From Ascidiella aspersa (taxonomy: Eukaryota), in the NCBI GenBank assembly GCA_963924565.1, contig OZ004607.1, positions 15,934,001 through 15,998,000 of the forward strand: a DNA stretch of 64,000 bases. Reading direction: 5' to 3'. The notes under the pieces were generated by a model. It saw nothing but the letters and a program-made list of their open reading frames with translations. It was not told where the DNA came from and ran no database searches. A program made the translations under genes and the position numbers. Positions 24,901-38,400 of the stretch are shown here, one piece after another (position 1 is the first letter of the stretch; each line of letters opens with the position of its first letter).

Positions 24901-27900
24901 TTTTTTTCATGAATCGGTGTTTCACGTAAAATGTATATATTTTTAAAATGCGTGTTTGGATGCCTATCTCTCATATTCCGTGTACCGATACGATCTCACT
25001 TTATATCCACAATATGGTTGTGGTTATTGTGGAGTAAACTTTTTCTCCCTGCGCCACATGCGGGTTAAACCGATGCAGCTCCTTGTCATACATAAAGTGC
25101 CTTGTCTTGCATAATATCGGGGTTGTTTCGTTATTTGCATAACATGTGATATCGGTTTGGTTGGTTTGTCGATATAACATAAAAAACTGTTTTGCCCAGT
25201 GTCAAATAACGGCTCCAGGCGATATGGTGGATCACTTGTTAAAGGTTGAAGTTAATTTCAACACCAACGTGATTTCGTTGATGTACATTACAATCCCCTT
25301 GACGCGATCAATTTGCTGGCGGTGAAACGAATTTTTACAAAGTGGTGATGGATCGCTAAAAAAAATCAATACACGTTGTCCGCAGATGTGCCAACGTGCT
25401 GTTTGACTCAATGTGCCAACCACTGCCCTCGCCCCTCTAGAACCCTCAATAGCGGCATCAGGCGCCATCATTGCCCGTCCTTGTCGAGTTTATGGCTGGT
25501 TTGATTCTTGTTGCTGTTTTCTTTTCACACCTCGACTGTGATGGATGGCTCGGTTCCCACGCCTGTTGACTTGTATCGCGCTTCTCTCGTCTGCCCACCG
25601 ACCCTACACACCAGCACTCTCCTACATGCGCCCTTTGTGACGCCACACAGGCCATTCAAAGAAAGGCGCGCACCTCTCCACGTCGGGGTGGCGACCACTG
25701 CCCGTTTAAACATTGCCGCCCGGGATTCAACAGCCCGCGCCAAGTTTTAGTCATACCACTTTTCTAATAGGAAGCCTGAATGAGCGTGAACTTGACTGCG
25801 GCATGTCACAAAGCATACAGGGTAATTCCGGACGAATTGCGTTAACTAGTTCATTTTTTCTTTTGCGACTTTTAATTCAACGCCACGTATTGAGTACTAA
25901 AGCCCCTAACCGACACACGCGCTTGACTGTTTTTTGAAAATTGCAATAGGCTTAATATAAAAGTAAGTTTTGTGATTAAAAATTACTTTAATTATTTCCA
26001 GGTAGTCGTGGTGGAAAAGAACGCGAGGGACAACTCATGCAGGAGTGGTTTCAACTTGTTCATAAGAAGAACGCCATACTAAGGCAACAAGATCAACTCG
26101 CGCTAATGTAAGTATTTGTTTTTCCTGTTCCATTATTTGCAAAAATTATCTACTTTTACCTTTTAGGTTGTTCCAAGTGAGTTTGTTTAAAACGGATATT
26201 AGGTTTGCTTTATTTCTGTAAGGTGTATTATTGAAGTTTTTTACTTTAAAAAATTGTATATTCGTGTTCCCTATAAAGTAAATAATTTTTTGGGGGTTCA
26301 AAGCTGCACACAACTGATGCGGTGATAGTTGTGATTTTATTAAGCCTCGGAATGTTGAACTTTGCTGATACGGCATTAACCCAATTTTGCTGCCTACTCT
26401 TGAATTAACTGCGCATTCACTGGCTTTTGGCGGGAAAAGCCTGATCTTCAACGATATGGGAAGAAATTCCCGATGGGAAAAGCCGCCTGGATAAAACTTT
26501 TCGGACTCGCAAATGCACCACACGAGATAGGATGAAACGGCGGGGCTGGAACTAATCCAGTTACGGACCGGTTAAAACTTGTGCCGCATAAAATGAATTG
26601 CGCTCGTCACGAGGCACACTCATGCGCAAACGCACACTTGTGCACTGTTCATCCAAGCGACACGTGATCAACGCTGTGCTGACGACGAATGCATCTCTAT
26701 TTATTTGTTCGCTATCAAACTTGGGCTTAAGCCGGACGTGCATGGGAGCGAAGCTGGCACCTTGCAGCCAGTTCCTTGCGCCGTTTATTGGGATTGTCGG
26801 AAGTGGCTTGTGGAGAAAGCCCCCAATGACGAGCGGTGTGCGTAACTGCCCCTCGTCAAACGAGCAAGGGTCACGATTCGTTTGATAACCCCGCGTCTTT
26901 CATTTGCACTGCCCGAAGGCCGATTTGAACGACGCTACTTGTTTGTTTGCGTCATAATCCCGTGTTTGATTTTGCAGGGAAGAAGAGCAAGAAATACTGG
27001 AAAAGGTCGACCGAATTCACAAAGAACTCATTCCGCTTATGGAAATCGAAGGTAAGATCTAGGTTTAAACAGTACGTTCGATATGTCATTGGAGTATGCA
27101 GAATTATAACAAGTGTTATCAGTTCTATTATTTAACAAAGTTTACAATTTCGATCTAAGAAATATTATTACGAATGGCATATCTGTAAAATAGTTCGTTT
27201 CAATAATAAATTGGTGTGCAACCAAAAAACACTTCCCAATTACGACCAGCTGTATCCACCTACTTGTTCATCCTGAACAATTTCTTATCCCCGCTGTTTG
27301 ATTCAAAATGGACGAAGGCTTCCACAGAACCCAATGCCACTCTTGGTGACAACAAGTGTCGGCTAGTGCGAACCGGTAAAACCGATCCCTTGTGCCGGTC
27401 AACGGCCTCGTGTGTACAGCTTACATCTCACGTGTTTAATTAAATCCGGACTCGTGCTTTCGCGCTGCTTGTACAAAACAAACGCTCGGTAAATACTTCT
27501 TGCCGTTCTCGTCATTCATCTCGCCCAAAAAACGCTTAGTGGTTGATTGCGGCAGCCTAAGCCGGCGTCCATGCTAGTCGCTTCGTGCACGCCGCCACTG
27601 GCCCGCCCCACATCGCTGCTTATACTTGCACAATGCACATATATGGCTTCCATGAAACGGGCCGGGAATTCCCCGTCTCTCGCTTTGCCATCGTTAACCT
27701 GCCCAACACAGCAAACCTTATGTCTGCCTAATTTGAATTGAAACTGCTGCAAAAAGATTACACAAAATGCATGTGTTATCCAATCCAGCCGACTTCCGAC
27801 CGGCTTCGTGTTAGTTTAAGATTTGCAATGAACAGTGCCTTTGTTCACGCGGCAAGAGAATTTGGTGAAGGATTTTTTCTCGTTTTGTTAAATACTTCGT

Positions 27901-30900
27901 CATCGAGACATGGAAATTTTTATGACGATTCTTTTATAACTGAACCTAAATATTTTCCGCTTTTTCCACGTCCCCAAATAGGACTTGACTAAAATGGACT
28001 TTGCTCTTGGCTAGCCGCACTCACAGCGCGGGTCGTCTAAATCGCATTATTCCGTGCTATTACAAGCACTTTACCTGATTATCGGCAGTAATGTTCATAG
28101 TTTCTCCTTATCACCCACGATCGCCCTTGATCTTTAAGCTTAAAGTTGCTGTGCATCAACACAGCAACTTGGTGGTGGGTCGGGCGCTCGATTCGGGTCG
28201 GATGTTCTTTTCCCATCCACCGTCTACTGCCACCGCCGTCGTCGCCAGAGCTCAAAGCCACGTTCAAGTCTTCACAAATCGGATTACAATTGGCGGATCA
28301 AAGCTATCGGGCCAATCTTGCATTCATCTGTGTACACCTTCCATATAGAAAGACGCTGAGGGCGTCGTGGGATATAAGCCGAGGCTTAATTCACTTGCTT
28401 CAGCCCAGCTAAGCTCAACGGCTGTGTGTCGCGCGCCTCCAGTCCTGATTATGATCTACGGATTGTTTTGATCGACGCAGTCTTCTTTGTCGCAACCTTG
28501 TCACACAAGTTAAAAAAGTGGTGTGGCGCGCGGTAGCAGGTCGACATTCCTTCGCGAGTTGACATTTGCTTGTTTCGATTGATATTTGGCATTCGGTCGC
28601 GTGGCAGCTCATCCTGGCACTGACGTACCCGTCTTCAGCTGGTTTTTCCCGGTTTTTGACGTCACGACAAACATCGGCGGCAATAAGTCTATGAGCTCTG
28701 TTTACTATTTCGACTTTGACTGTCGCCGACGTTCGCCGTGGTGCGCATCACGTAACATTTTTGTGAGTGACCGCTCTTAATCGGTAAATTTAATTCCGAT
28801 TCACTCGAGAGTCTGTTTAATTTACTCGGTTATGAAGCAATTCGCTTCACGGTGATCTGGATACAAGTCGATCGATCTCGACTTTTTGTCTTTTTTTTGA
28901 AACCTTTTAAAACGCCGATCAAAGATTCGAGTATCGGAATCTGAACGACCAAGCTCCGCGCAGCTTCCGTCGTCTTCTGCGCCTGCCTCGGTGCCACCAT
29001 CTTTTCTTGGAAATGTTTTTCGCCAACGATGCCGGCGCGATTCTGGGTAGCTCGCGGTCGTGTGCATCGCGTCGCCCAGTCCCCGCCGAACCGCGCGCCT
29101 TGTTTTATACATAAACAAACGCGCCGTTATGTATATCGTTTCGTGTTTGTTTGTGTTTGGCCAATGGCTCGCAAAGCGCCGTGTCGAGACTCGAATACGG
29201 CCCGTTTATGCCTAAATAACATGGCGAATTCTGTAATTAATTTCGTGCTGGATTGTGCAGCGCCGAACAAGGATTGCGTTGTGCCGTCGACCGGCGAAAA
29301 GTGTCTGGTCATATTCCGCCAGTGACAAACTCAACAGTCGAGCAATGACTTTATGTCGGACATATAGGGTGCCAATTTTCCTATCACGTAGTCTCAGTTT
29401 TAAGTTGGGTTTTATCCAAATTTTCTCCTGTTGTTGATAATCGCCAATCCGATTCCTCGAAAGCGTCTTACGGTCACTCACTCTTGCATTGTTTTAGCGA
29501 TAAATGGCAGATTTCAATGCGCAGCCCATTGTTCTCATCAGCATAATTGCGCGTTCCGAGAAAGGCGTGGACATTTCTTGGTCAACGCTTGTGGTCGGAT
29601 CCCACAAAAAGCCCACTCTATCCGGGCCCGGCGACTGACGGTGGTGCGACATTAACGCGCAGATCGTTTTGTATATGTTTGTATTAAAATAGAATCTGGT
29701 TTTCGTTGAAAAACTTGCGGCGAGAAAATAGCATGGCATCAGCAGTCGCACAGGCGTTTAATTAGTCGCTTTCCCGCGGGCGTGGCTCCATTCTTGCGCT
29801 GCGGTTGCTTCTAATAAGCACGTTCATCCGCCGCTCGCCTAACATCGACTCGCAACAAGAGCAGCAAAGTTCGACCATTGGCCGCCGCTTGCCGCCTGCT
29901 TTTCTGCCGCCCGCTTTTGCCAGCCAGCGATAAGCTGCAGCGCACTGGGCGCGTTTGTTTGGCTTGTGCCCGCGTCGTGCCATTTGTTTATGATGTAGAG
30001 AGCCTCAGTAACTTGAACTTGTTAGTGATATCTGTCAGCGAACATTGTACCTCGTCCATCACATATGCTTCTACTGCTTGACAACGTTTGAAAAAAGTCT
30101 GTTGCGTCGATGTCATTGTCACAAGGCGCTATGTGAGAGACCTCCCCTGTGACGAGGCAACTTCTTTATTTGAATAATATATTTCTATCGACGTTCGTTG
30201 TTATCACAATCACAATTTATTTTTTTATTTGTGTCCCATGAACTCTTTGCACCAAAAACTACCATAAACAAGTCATTTTATGTCAAAAATAAATCAATTT
30301 ATATAAAGAAGCAGTCGTGTTCCAGTACTAGTTTTGGATCTAATCAAAGTTGTGGATTTTTGACAAATGTCCTGCACATATAACACTCTTATAAACTTTT
30401 TAGACCTCAATAAAGTTCAAGAAGATGTAACTATTTGCTTAAGTAAATTAATTAAACGGCAGATTCACCTTCGTATTTTTAGCCAACATGTGGCAGTAAA
30501 ATGTAATCGCAAATCTAAATATAAACTACAACACCAAATCTACTTCTAACGCAGGGGTTCTTAAACTGGGGTCCATGGACCCCCTTGGGGGTCCGTGAAC
30601 TAGTTTTAGGGCGTCCATGAAGGCCTATTTGAAATATTAGTGTATATTTTAAAAGTTACCATTTTCTCAAAGAAAACAGTTTAATCAATAATAAAACGGA
30701 TTTGCACTGTATATATTTAGACTTCATTTCACTTTCACATTTTTGGACCGAAATCAGCAGATTTATGAAGTTTATTTGTATTGTGACATCATTTTTGAAT
30801 TTTTTTCCGCTACCGTGGTCAACGCAAGGCCAAAAAAAATGTTAGGGGTCCGCGGTAAAAAAAAGTTTAAGAACCTCTGTTCTAACGTGATTAACAGCCT

Positions 30901-31831
30901 ACAAAAACACCTTTTTGTACATTAAAACTAGCTTAGTTCCTCGACTACGGAGCGCAACTTTTTCTGATTCTTTGAACTTTTCTCGAAGATTAATTTTTGA
31001 AAAGTGCCACCAACGGAAAACTTTGTCTTGTGTTTGAGGGAGTTATAATTCGAGAGGGTAGTTATGTATCAGCTCCCCTTTATTTTATCTTCCAGACGTG
31101 ATGAAAACGCTGGCGCAACAAGAACGCGAGCAGATTCTCCTGGAGGAAAAGTTCCGCTTAGTTAACGAGCGCGACCGAATCATGCAGGACATGAACGAAA
31201 AGGAGCAGATGTAAGTCATTTTTAGACTATTTTACATGCCTTATATTTGTCCCCGTGGTTAATTGCATTGCTCTTCCAAGGTAATTGTAACCCTTTCTCA
31301 ACTTATTTCGATATCTTCTTTACCTTAGGAAGTGGGACTATATGGTGCGCTTTAAGTGGATGTTAGGCGAGTGTAAGCTTTGTGCAACCCTCCGTTTATT
31401 AAGATTACTAACAAAGTTTTAAAACATTTCAATTTAATGTTTTTGTTTCATTAAAGACACATACGTAAGCTAAATTATTATCAACTGTTCATTCAATTAG
31501 TTGGTTGATGCGTAATCCTCGGAAAAATTCACATTGTTCGAAAACAATTTGTGAAATATTAATGTATAAAACGTGAACAAACAAGATATTCAATTTTGTG
31601 AAAATTGACAGAACAGACCCATGATGGTATAATTGCGCTGTAAATAAATAAGTTAATTTCAGAAAATATAACCCATAAATTGATTATATGTATTAAAAAG
31701 TTGCTCCTCTAGTAGTATTATGTTATATTTGTTTTTCCAGGGCGCTAGACGAAGAGGAACGACTCCAGACGAGTTTAGGTGAGAACATGTCCAAGGTGAT
31801 CAAGGACGACGAAAAGTGTGTGGTTATGTAA
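407..31831 (+). CDS. EHBP1: EH domain-binding protein 1 (NT-C2, calponin-homology, bMERB, C-terminal CAAX), multi-exon
   Basis: Frame-consistent GT-AG exons: 407-501, 1020-1077, 3516-3671, 3735-3916, 4002-4105, 4242-4412, 5130-5226, 5456-5544, 6956-7053, 7821-7999, 8701-8749, 11058-11192, 11280-12098, 12635-12796, 13789-13872, 16947-17055, 17156-17686, 17754(or 17742)-17834, 19007-19093, 19606-19653, 19702-19802, 19948-20044, 26002-26107, 26978-27051, 31096-31210, 31741-31831. Translation includes [49 protein letters not shown] (NT-C2), [42 protein letters not shown] (CH), [17 protein letters not shown] (bMERB), and ends DDEKCVVM* (CAAX). The low-complexity middle exons are less certain. Confidence 0.93.
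633..690. repeat. Short tandem duplication (~28-30 bp x2)
   Basis: TGTAATGATCTGCATTAT(T)ATAGGCAGTG occurs twice in tandem. Confidence 0.8.
2112..2833. mobile_element. Non-autonomous TIR DNA transposon with subterminal ACTCGCC repeats
   Basis: Termini CAGGGTTG...CAACCCTA; many ACTCGCC/GGCGAG motifs clustered at both ends; flanked by TAATA on both sides. Confidence 0.75.
4430..4741 (+). repeat. Interspersed ~310-340 bp repeat, copy 1
   Basis: Near-identical to 8321-8660 (ATAATCATGAAGCGTTTGACAATATGCG ... GGTCCAACCTAAATTGTTTAA). Confidence 0.9.
7095..7668. mobile_element. Probable non-autonomous DNA transposon with a 10-bp flanking direct repeat
   Basis: CCTTTGTAGG at 7085-7094 and 7669-7678. 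Internal AATAAGACC-type repeats on the left are mirrored by GGTCTTATTTC-type repeats on the right. Confidence 0.55.
7821..11192 (+). CDS. EHBP1: EHBP1 calponin-homology domain exons
   Basis: Exons 7821-7999, 8701-8749 and 11058-11192: [28 protein letters not shown]...[13 protein letters not shown]...[13 protein letters not shown]. Confidence 0.93.
8321..8660 (+). repeat. Interspersed ~310-340 bp repeat, copy 2
   Basis: Direct copy of 4430-4741 with an extra ~27 bp internal segment. Confidence 0.9.
8800..10762 (-). mobile_element. Old copy of the tRNA-like repeat, split in two by the hAT insertion
   Basis: The reverse complement of 10694-10762 is TAGTTCAGTTGGTAGAGCGACGGTGCCGGCTT..CAGGCTAATTTTTC, matching 58610-58695. 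The reverse complement of ~8800-8957 continues the match (GATTCGGT.AGTCT; GCTAGAT.TCAGTT). Confidence 0.75.
8958..10685 (-). mobile_element. Internally deleted hAT transposon with a transposase C-terminal dimerisation fragment
   Basis: TIRs CAGAGGCGTAGC / GCTACTCCTCTG. Perfect 8-bp TSD AAGCAAGG (8950-8957, 10686-10693). Minus-strand ORF 9212-9649 reads [36 protein letters not shown], the hAT dimerisation motif. Confidence 0.93.
13986..16003. mobile_element. ~2 kb fold-back palindrome made of two inverted copies of a DNA-transposon 3' end
   Basis: 13986-14985 is the reverse complement of 15033-16003, with a ~47 bp spacer. Termini are TAGGGTTGTT / AACAACCCTG. Flanks ACGCCTGA / TCGCCTGA form a 7/8 TSD. 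Each arm carries decayed transposase-like C-terminal coding ([11 protein letters not shown]..; [28 protein letters not shown]). Confidence 0.9.
17922..18669. mobile_element. hAT (Charlie-like) MITE
   Basis: TIRs CAGGGGTCGGCAACCT / AGGTTGCCGACCCCTG; TSD ATCTATAT / ATCTATAG; GCGGGCC subterminal motifs. Confidence 0.9.
19948..31831 (+). CDS. EHBP1: EHBP1 bMERB (Rab-binding) domain and CAAX box, last five exons separated by long introns
   Basis: [15 protein letters not shown] / [21 protein letters not shown] / [19 protein letters not shown] / [21 protein letters not shown] / KCVVM-stop. Confidence 0.92.
30552..30879. mobile_element. hAT (Charlie-like) MITE
   Basis: TIRs CAGGGGTTCTTAAACT / AGTTTAAGAACCTCTG; perfect 8-bp TSD TTCTAACG. 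Confidence 0.92.
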
Positions 31832-32404
31832 GCTTTGCTTGAATGTTAGCAAAGGCGGTAAAAGTGACATTTTCTGAAGTTCATTTATTCTTCGTAAAAT
31901 GCCCTAATGTTTGCCAATCTCGAAACAAATCGAGCATTTTACAATCTCGTTGCCAATCTCCTGCCAGAATCGTCGTTTTCGTGCTGGTTTTCCTTACGTG
32001 TTAAATTGCCTAAAGTTCTCTGAAAAGGTGCGAACATGTATTCGCACAAGTGTTGCTCCACAGTCCTTGCTTCAAATCGAAGTTCCTTACAACGGTAATC
32101 CTGCCGGCAACGTGGCTGCGTTTTGTGTTGTTCCAGCCCATATAACAATGAGCCTATCAAGTGCGTCCTTGCACTCTGATTTCTTGCGCTCATTGCTATT
32201 GTTGTGCACCATAATCGCATGTATGTTTCACATATATGCTCGCTCGCAGCCTTTTCGTGCAATTTTCTTGAATTGTTTGTATGTGTTTTACTCGTCGTAT
32301 TTTTTCTTATTCGCGACCCTGCATTCCATACTGCGATGCAAGTTTGCCCTTGTATGCTACAACCAACTTTTGTAGCAACACTCAAGCGTAAAAACTAATG
32401 TTTG

Positions 32405-32410
32405 AATAAA
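32405..32410 (+). terminator. Candidate polyadenylation signal of EHBP1
   Basis: AATAAA ~570 nt after the stop codon, followed by T/GT-rich sequence. Confidence 0.45.
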
Positions 32411-35400
32411 GCGCATTGCAGTATTGCGATAAACAGTATTTGACAGGCGCCATGAATTCTATCAATTAGGTGTTTACTGGATTGGTAATGTGTTATTTGA
32501 TTTTACATTTCTTCTCAATTTTTTAATTGTATGTGTTATATCGTGCTTGCAATGTTGTATTACGTGCATTTATTTCTTTTTAAGATGTCTATATTGCGTT
32601 CTCAATCAGAAGCGCGGAAATAAAAAGAAAGCCATGATGAATCAAATGTTTGCTATTTGTGGGGTGCATTCCATTAGCTTTCTCTAGCAGACAAGAATAG
32701 GCTGAGGCAGCATCACCTATCGCGTCAAAGACTCGATATATCTTATTCCGCTGTTTATTGCCAACACAAACGAGATCAGCCCCTATAATCACCTAAAGAC
32801 TCTGTTGATCACCTTGCGGCTTTCCCCTCCCAACTCCTGGACAGTGAATCACTCGCTTGTAGTACGTTACACGAAAACAGGCGCCCTCGAAATGTGTGAC
32901 GTCACCTGGAGGGGATTTTGGCAATGACCGCGAGCCGCCGAAAAGGTTTCAAACGGACAAGAGTCTTGCGCTAAGCACCCTGAACCTAAACAGTAACAGA
33001 AAAGAGAGACTCGTTTTGTACATATAGATAAACGCGTCTTAGTAGGGTATTAGCATAAACAATTGCTCGTATCTCAGGATTTATCTCCGTATGCGAGAAA
33101 TCGGTTTCTCTGGACTGCCCTACAATTACCAAGCAGGAACAGCTAGAAGTTACGATTTTTTAAGTTGTACTTTTTATTATTTTGTCAGTTTTTAGGTTTT
33201 GTTTGGTAATTGTGGTTACACGTATTGCCGGCTAGTTTGAGGGCAACCTACAACTAAAAAAACGTTGAGCTTTCATCGAGAAAAAATCGTGAGGTGCGAC
33301 GCTGTAAAGCTAAACAACGCCGTACCAATCACAGGACGTGGAAAACACTGTTTACCTATATGCCGAGAGGAGTCGCAGGAACGACAACGCGTAGTTCTTT
33401 AATTACTGCCTGTCAAGCGGGATTTGAGACTTTCTATTCCATTTATTGGTAGGCCGAATCTTTTAACCACGATAAGTTAAATGTGCCACCATGCTTCGTG
33501 CCACATACTTAGGCGGATTATAGCGCGCACGGCCACGCATTTGTTTATGACACTTGTAACAGTGGCATGTTATGCACTGGAACAATTATGGTAATGATAT
33601 ACCCAGAAGGTCTTGCGCATAAAAACGTGTTTGCATTACGCGGTTCCTTCGTTAACGGCCACAATAGCGCTGTGACCACCCTCCCAAATTAGTTTAAAGA
33701 AACCGACAGCTTCTGAAGCAAATTTGACCACCTCTTGAACAGTCGCTGTTTAATTGTACGCACAAGTGTCGGACACCTCTGGGTCGGCGCTACTGTAGTT
33801 TCCGCACGTGCGGGCAAAACTTGTTTTTCTTGCAAAGTTGTTTTCTACGTTTGATTCTCGAATACGCTGAAAGGGAGTCGTTTACACGTGCCGACACAAC
33901 GTTTGTCTTTCTGATTAGCGACGAGATATTTTAACAGTGCTGAAACCTGACTACGTCACAATAGTACCCCACGCTGATATCGCATTGAAGTTTCAAAAAC
34001 TATACGTTTTTCACTTTACTATATCACGAAACTAAAAAAATGACTTTCTTTTATTACGCAATTCAATTACTAAATTAGTTAGGCGTAATATGCATTTGGC
34101 CTTTATATTTACATGGTAAACAGCAGTTTACAATAAGTTAGCAATAAATCACTCGTTGATGATGGTGCGCACATAACAGATGGATAAGATAGCGCATTCG
34201 GAACCATATGCCCTCTCTTATGTAGAGTCCATACCGAAAGGACAATTATAAACCACAAATCCGGATTAAGGTGTCAAATGTTAATGGATCTTCAACATGG
34301 TTGGACTTTAAAAGGATCCCGGTACTAACATGCAATTCAATACGTAGATAAGAAATGGTTTATCGTTGTTTCTTACCTTCAATTCCTCTGAGAACAGACC
34401 CCATATATGCTTTCCGAAATACCCTTGTACAAAATGGCGCGGTTTTAAGCACAAACAGAATATTTTATTTTTTCTAATATCTGAACCTTGTTTTACTGAA
34501 TATCTAAACTTACTTTTTCCCTTTTATGCTAAAATATTTTGTTTAGTGTATTAAAAAAACACTTGGATACATTTAGATGAAAGGGCCCGTATGTTTCTGT
34601 ATTGCACAAACGTCGGCCCCAAACTCTTGCGTTAAGGCGATTAGGCGGGCGGACGAGAAATCACTGTTTGAGTAAGTAAGCAGCCGGCGTTTAGAAGCAT
34701 TCAGACCACTCGCAAATAATATTTGGTCAACTTAAAAAAACAACTTCTCGGCAGTTTATTTTGTTTCTTTGTCAGTACAAGCTACTAACGGCTATAGCGT
34801 AAGAGTTATTTTATTGTAAATTAATTGTGGATTTGCTTCGTAGCTGATACGTTAAATTGGCGACAGAGTTCAAGCCCACAAACATAACTGTTAACCACGG
34901 GAGTTAGTTATAACTGAAAAGTACAGAATTTTTGAAGTCCGCGATATATCGGATTAAGGTGCAAGGGACGCCCACGACATAAGATCTTGAGTTAAGATTT
35001 TCTTTTTATTTATGCACAGTTACAAATTAGTAAAGATTTTCGAACAGACAAAGGATTTCTTTAAAAGAATAATTACTGATTCGCACGCCCATCGTCCCAT
35101 TCACAAGGCGGGGGGCGTTTACCCAGTTTTCGGCACGCGCACTTTCGCCGCAACTGCTTTAGACATCATTTGCTCGAATTATTGAAAACAAAGGTCGCTC
35201 TTGTCGGCAACCAATCGTGAGGGATTTAACGAATGTGGTCGATTACCGTTGAAATTAATCTCTCTTTTCTGTTGCGCAATTTGCAGCGATCTTTTGTTCT
35301 ATTTTGGAAAACTGGTTTTGTGCAGCGCGTGCCAGAGTGACGATCGCGTAAAACAAATACAAACGACCAGGTCCTGCAGAGATTATGCAGCCTGCTGGTT

Positions 35401-38400
35401 TGCGTTAAATCTGTATGTTGTACAACAAGGGTAAATATACACTCTTCGTTATTTTCTCACATAAACTAAAACGCCCATAAATATTGGTGTAAATATTGAA
35501 AAAAAAACATGACAACATTAAAATGAAATTAATTTAGAAATTCTGGTTCTGATTTAAAACATGTCTTGTCACATTTATAAAAAAAAACTTATGTTGTGTT
35601 CCACTTAAACATAGCCGCAAATATCCCGTTGTTGTTTATACTTGTAGCGATCAGCTTAAAATATACATTTTTAAACACTAAATTAGTTTTAATTACCATC
35701 AGTGGCAGCGCTTTCGAGGTGAATGTGCGGTAAATGACAAATATATTTAAATCTGCTTCAATTGGAATCTTATGAAGCGTCCAAAATCTTTTGGGAAGGA
35801 TCGTTGTACAACACAAATAAAATTGCAAAATGTTAACTTTAATTTACAAAAAACAGCTTTTAAGAAACCAATACAAAATGTAAACGTTGAAAACCGGCAT
35901 TTGAAGCATCTAACAAACCTGCAGATACCAGAATGGATTTTCCATCGCAAAAACTGTTTGTTGTGATTGATCGTTATCTAGTGAAATTTCAAAAACAAAA
36001 TGGCTGACTTGTAATTTAATATATCATTTAAAACTTTGTCTTGAGTCTTATTTGGTCGGTATTATAATAGCATGTACTTTAAACAACTTAATTTGCAACA
36101 TGGAAAGTAAAAGAAACTAAATTGCGTGTTGTCCAATAGGTGCTGAGTAAACGCGATGGCAGGGCGCTTAGTGTTGTTTATCTTTTAAGGCGTCTGCTTT
36201 TGGTGTAGAGATGAGCACATAAACAAACAGCAGATATTTTACCTTGCTCAAATCTTCAATGTCATTCTAGTTCGTTTCAGAGGATCTCTTTCAGAAAGCT
36301 ATTCCATCGTTGTAGTGACATCCTTCTAGGCAAGCGCTTTGTATAGAAAAAGAGCAAATCAGCAATTTAAATATTTCATCAATGGTCATATTTTGTATCG
36401 GAAGCAAGCTCTGAAAGATTTACTGTGATAAACAAGTTGTGTGGAAAGATGAAAAGTGTTATATTTGCTGAATTAAACAGACCACCGACCACGAAGGAGA
36501 ATATTCAGTTTAACAGGATTTTGTCGTCTAATTTGAGCTATGGGAAAACTCCCGGCACTAATTTGTCACTTGGGTGCGTTTAGGCATTAGAAAATCGAAT
36601 GCATAATCCGCTCAACGAGATAGAGTTTTACTAATTGATATTTCAAAGCCGTCGCGTATACGGCCGGTGTGGGGAGGTATAATATTGTGAAGTAGTAGCA
36701 ATCGAGCAACCGTTTTACGCCATCTGTTGAGAAAGTAAGCGAATAATAAACAAACACGATAACCCGACGACGATGTGTTGTGATGTAATGAGAAACATAG
36801 TAAATCGCTAAAACTGTTTTCGCGTATATTAACTCTAATGTTTAAAAGAGGTGACGTGATTTGTTTTTCAATCACTCCGTCCCAGAATGTGAACGCACAC
36901 TGGTTTTGAACAAATAACTTTGTTGCGACAATTTTAATATTAAATGGCGCCAATTTGTGATTTGTTTGGGTTAAAATTCGTTGTCAAAAAAATCGTAAAC
37001 CTATAAGGCATAACTTGTCCAAACAAGTACCGCCCTTTTGCGACCGCATGGCGCCAGTTTTCTTCAACCGCTTGCTTGTACCAAAATGTCTCTACGTTTT
37101 CTGTCAAACATTTTTTTTTTAAATAAGCAAAATAATTGTCAACTTACCAACCTTACCAACCTTATCATATGAGTATATTCACCTCTAACTGGTTAACGGC
37201 GTTCTCGTCATATACGTTGCAAAACTGTTCAGCCCACCGCCGATAGTTTAAACTGGACAAAATTATTAGTTTAAAAAAAATAATAATTCAAAACTCAAAA
37301 AAATGTTTTATAGGTCGTACGAACGAATCGTTTTTATATTATTTTTAGGTCCATAAGTTGTGCAATTTGCAACAAATAAAAACTGATTTGTTTGACGAAA
37401 AGTTAATTATTTAAGTAGAAATGTTGGAGTAAAACATAGTTAATCCAACGATAAAAAAGGTTCTAGATTAAAATTACATACAGTCAAAGTATATTTCGAT
37501 AAAAATCGTTTCGACACGTATTACGTATTTCGTAATTTTGCAAAATATTTTATGTTTACGGTCTTTTGCCATGCAACTAAATAATTGACATCCCACTGTG
37601 CACAACTTGTTCGCTTGCAAACAACGTGTGCTGATAATTGGCCAAATTATCTCGCACTGGGTAATCATGTGGTTTGTTTAATTACTAAAAAAGCAGTTAT
37701 ACACAGTCATCGACATAGTGCCTCGAAATCATTTGTCCCGAAAATCGGCAACCTATGCTGTTGGCACTTGAGATGAACTTGTTATTAATTCGGTGGTGTG
37801 AACGTGCGCGCATTTGATGCCAAATCCTTCTTGGAAATAGCGAATCAATCGAAGGCCGACGCATTTTGCGAGGAATGTTTTAGTTTAATTCAAATGTGTT
37901 GTAATTGCTACGCTCCCATTTAAGCGACTGCGCCTCTTCGAAGGAGAATTTCTTTAGCTGGGCAGCAGACTTTAATCGCATTTCATAAGTTTATCAATAC
38001 GATTTACAAGCAAATTCGTGCTTACGGTACAAACAAACATGGGCTGGGAGGTTGGCGAAATCAGAATCGTAATATTGTTACTGTACACAACAATGTCACG
38101 AAAATCTGCGCAAAACAATATATTTTGCGCTATAGAAATTGAAAACACCGAGTGATTATTTAATGTAACTACTAATATCAGCAACTAATACTTCATCATT
38201 TAATAGCATCTCTTTACATTGAACGATTTATTTGGTAAAATATTTATTTTTTATTTTTTTAAAGCTTTGAAGCATGTTTAGCAAAAATATAAGAGTCGTT
38301 TCCTTGCTATACCCTCGGTATGAAAGACGATTTTAAAGAAGTCCCAAGGGACTTGTATTTTGTGTAAGGTGAGATTAAAAACAGGCTATATATCTACTAT

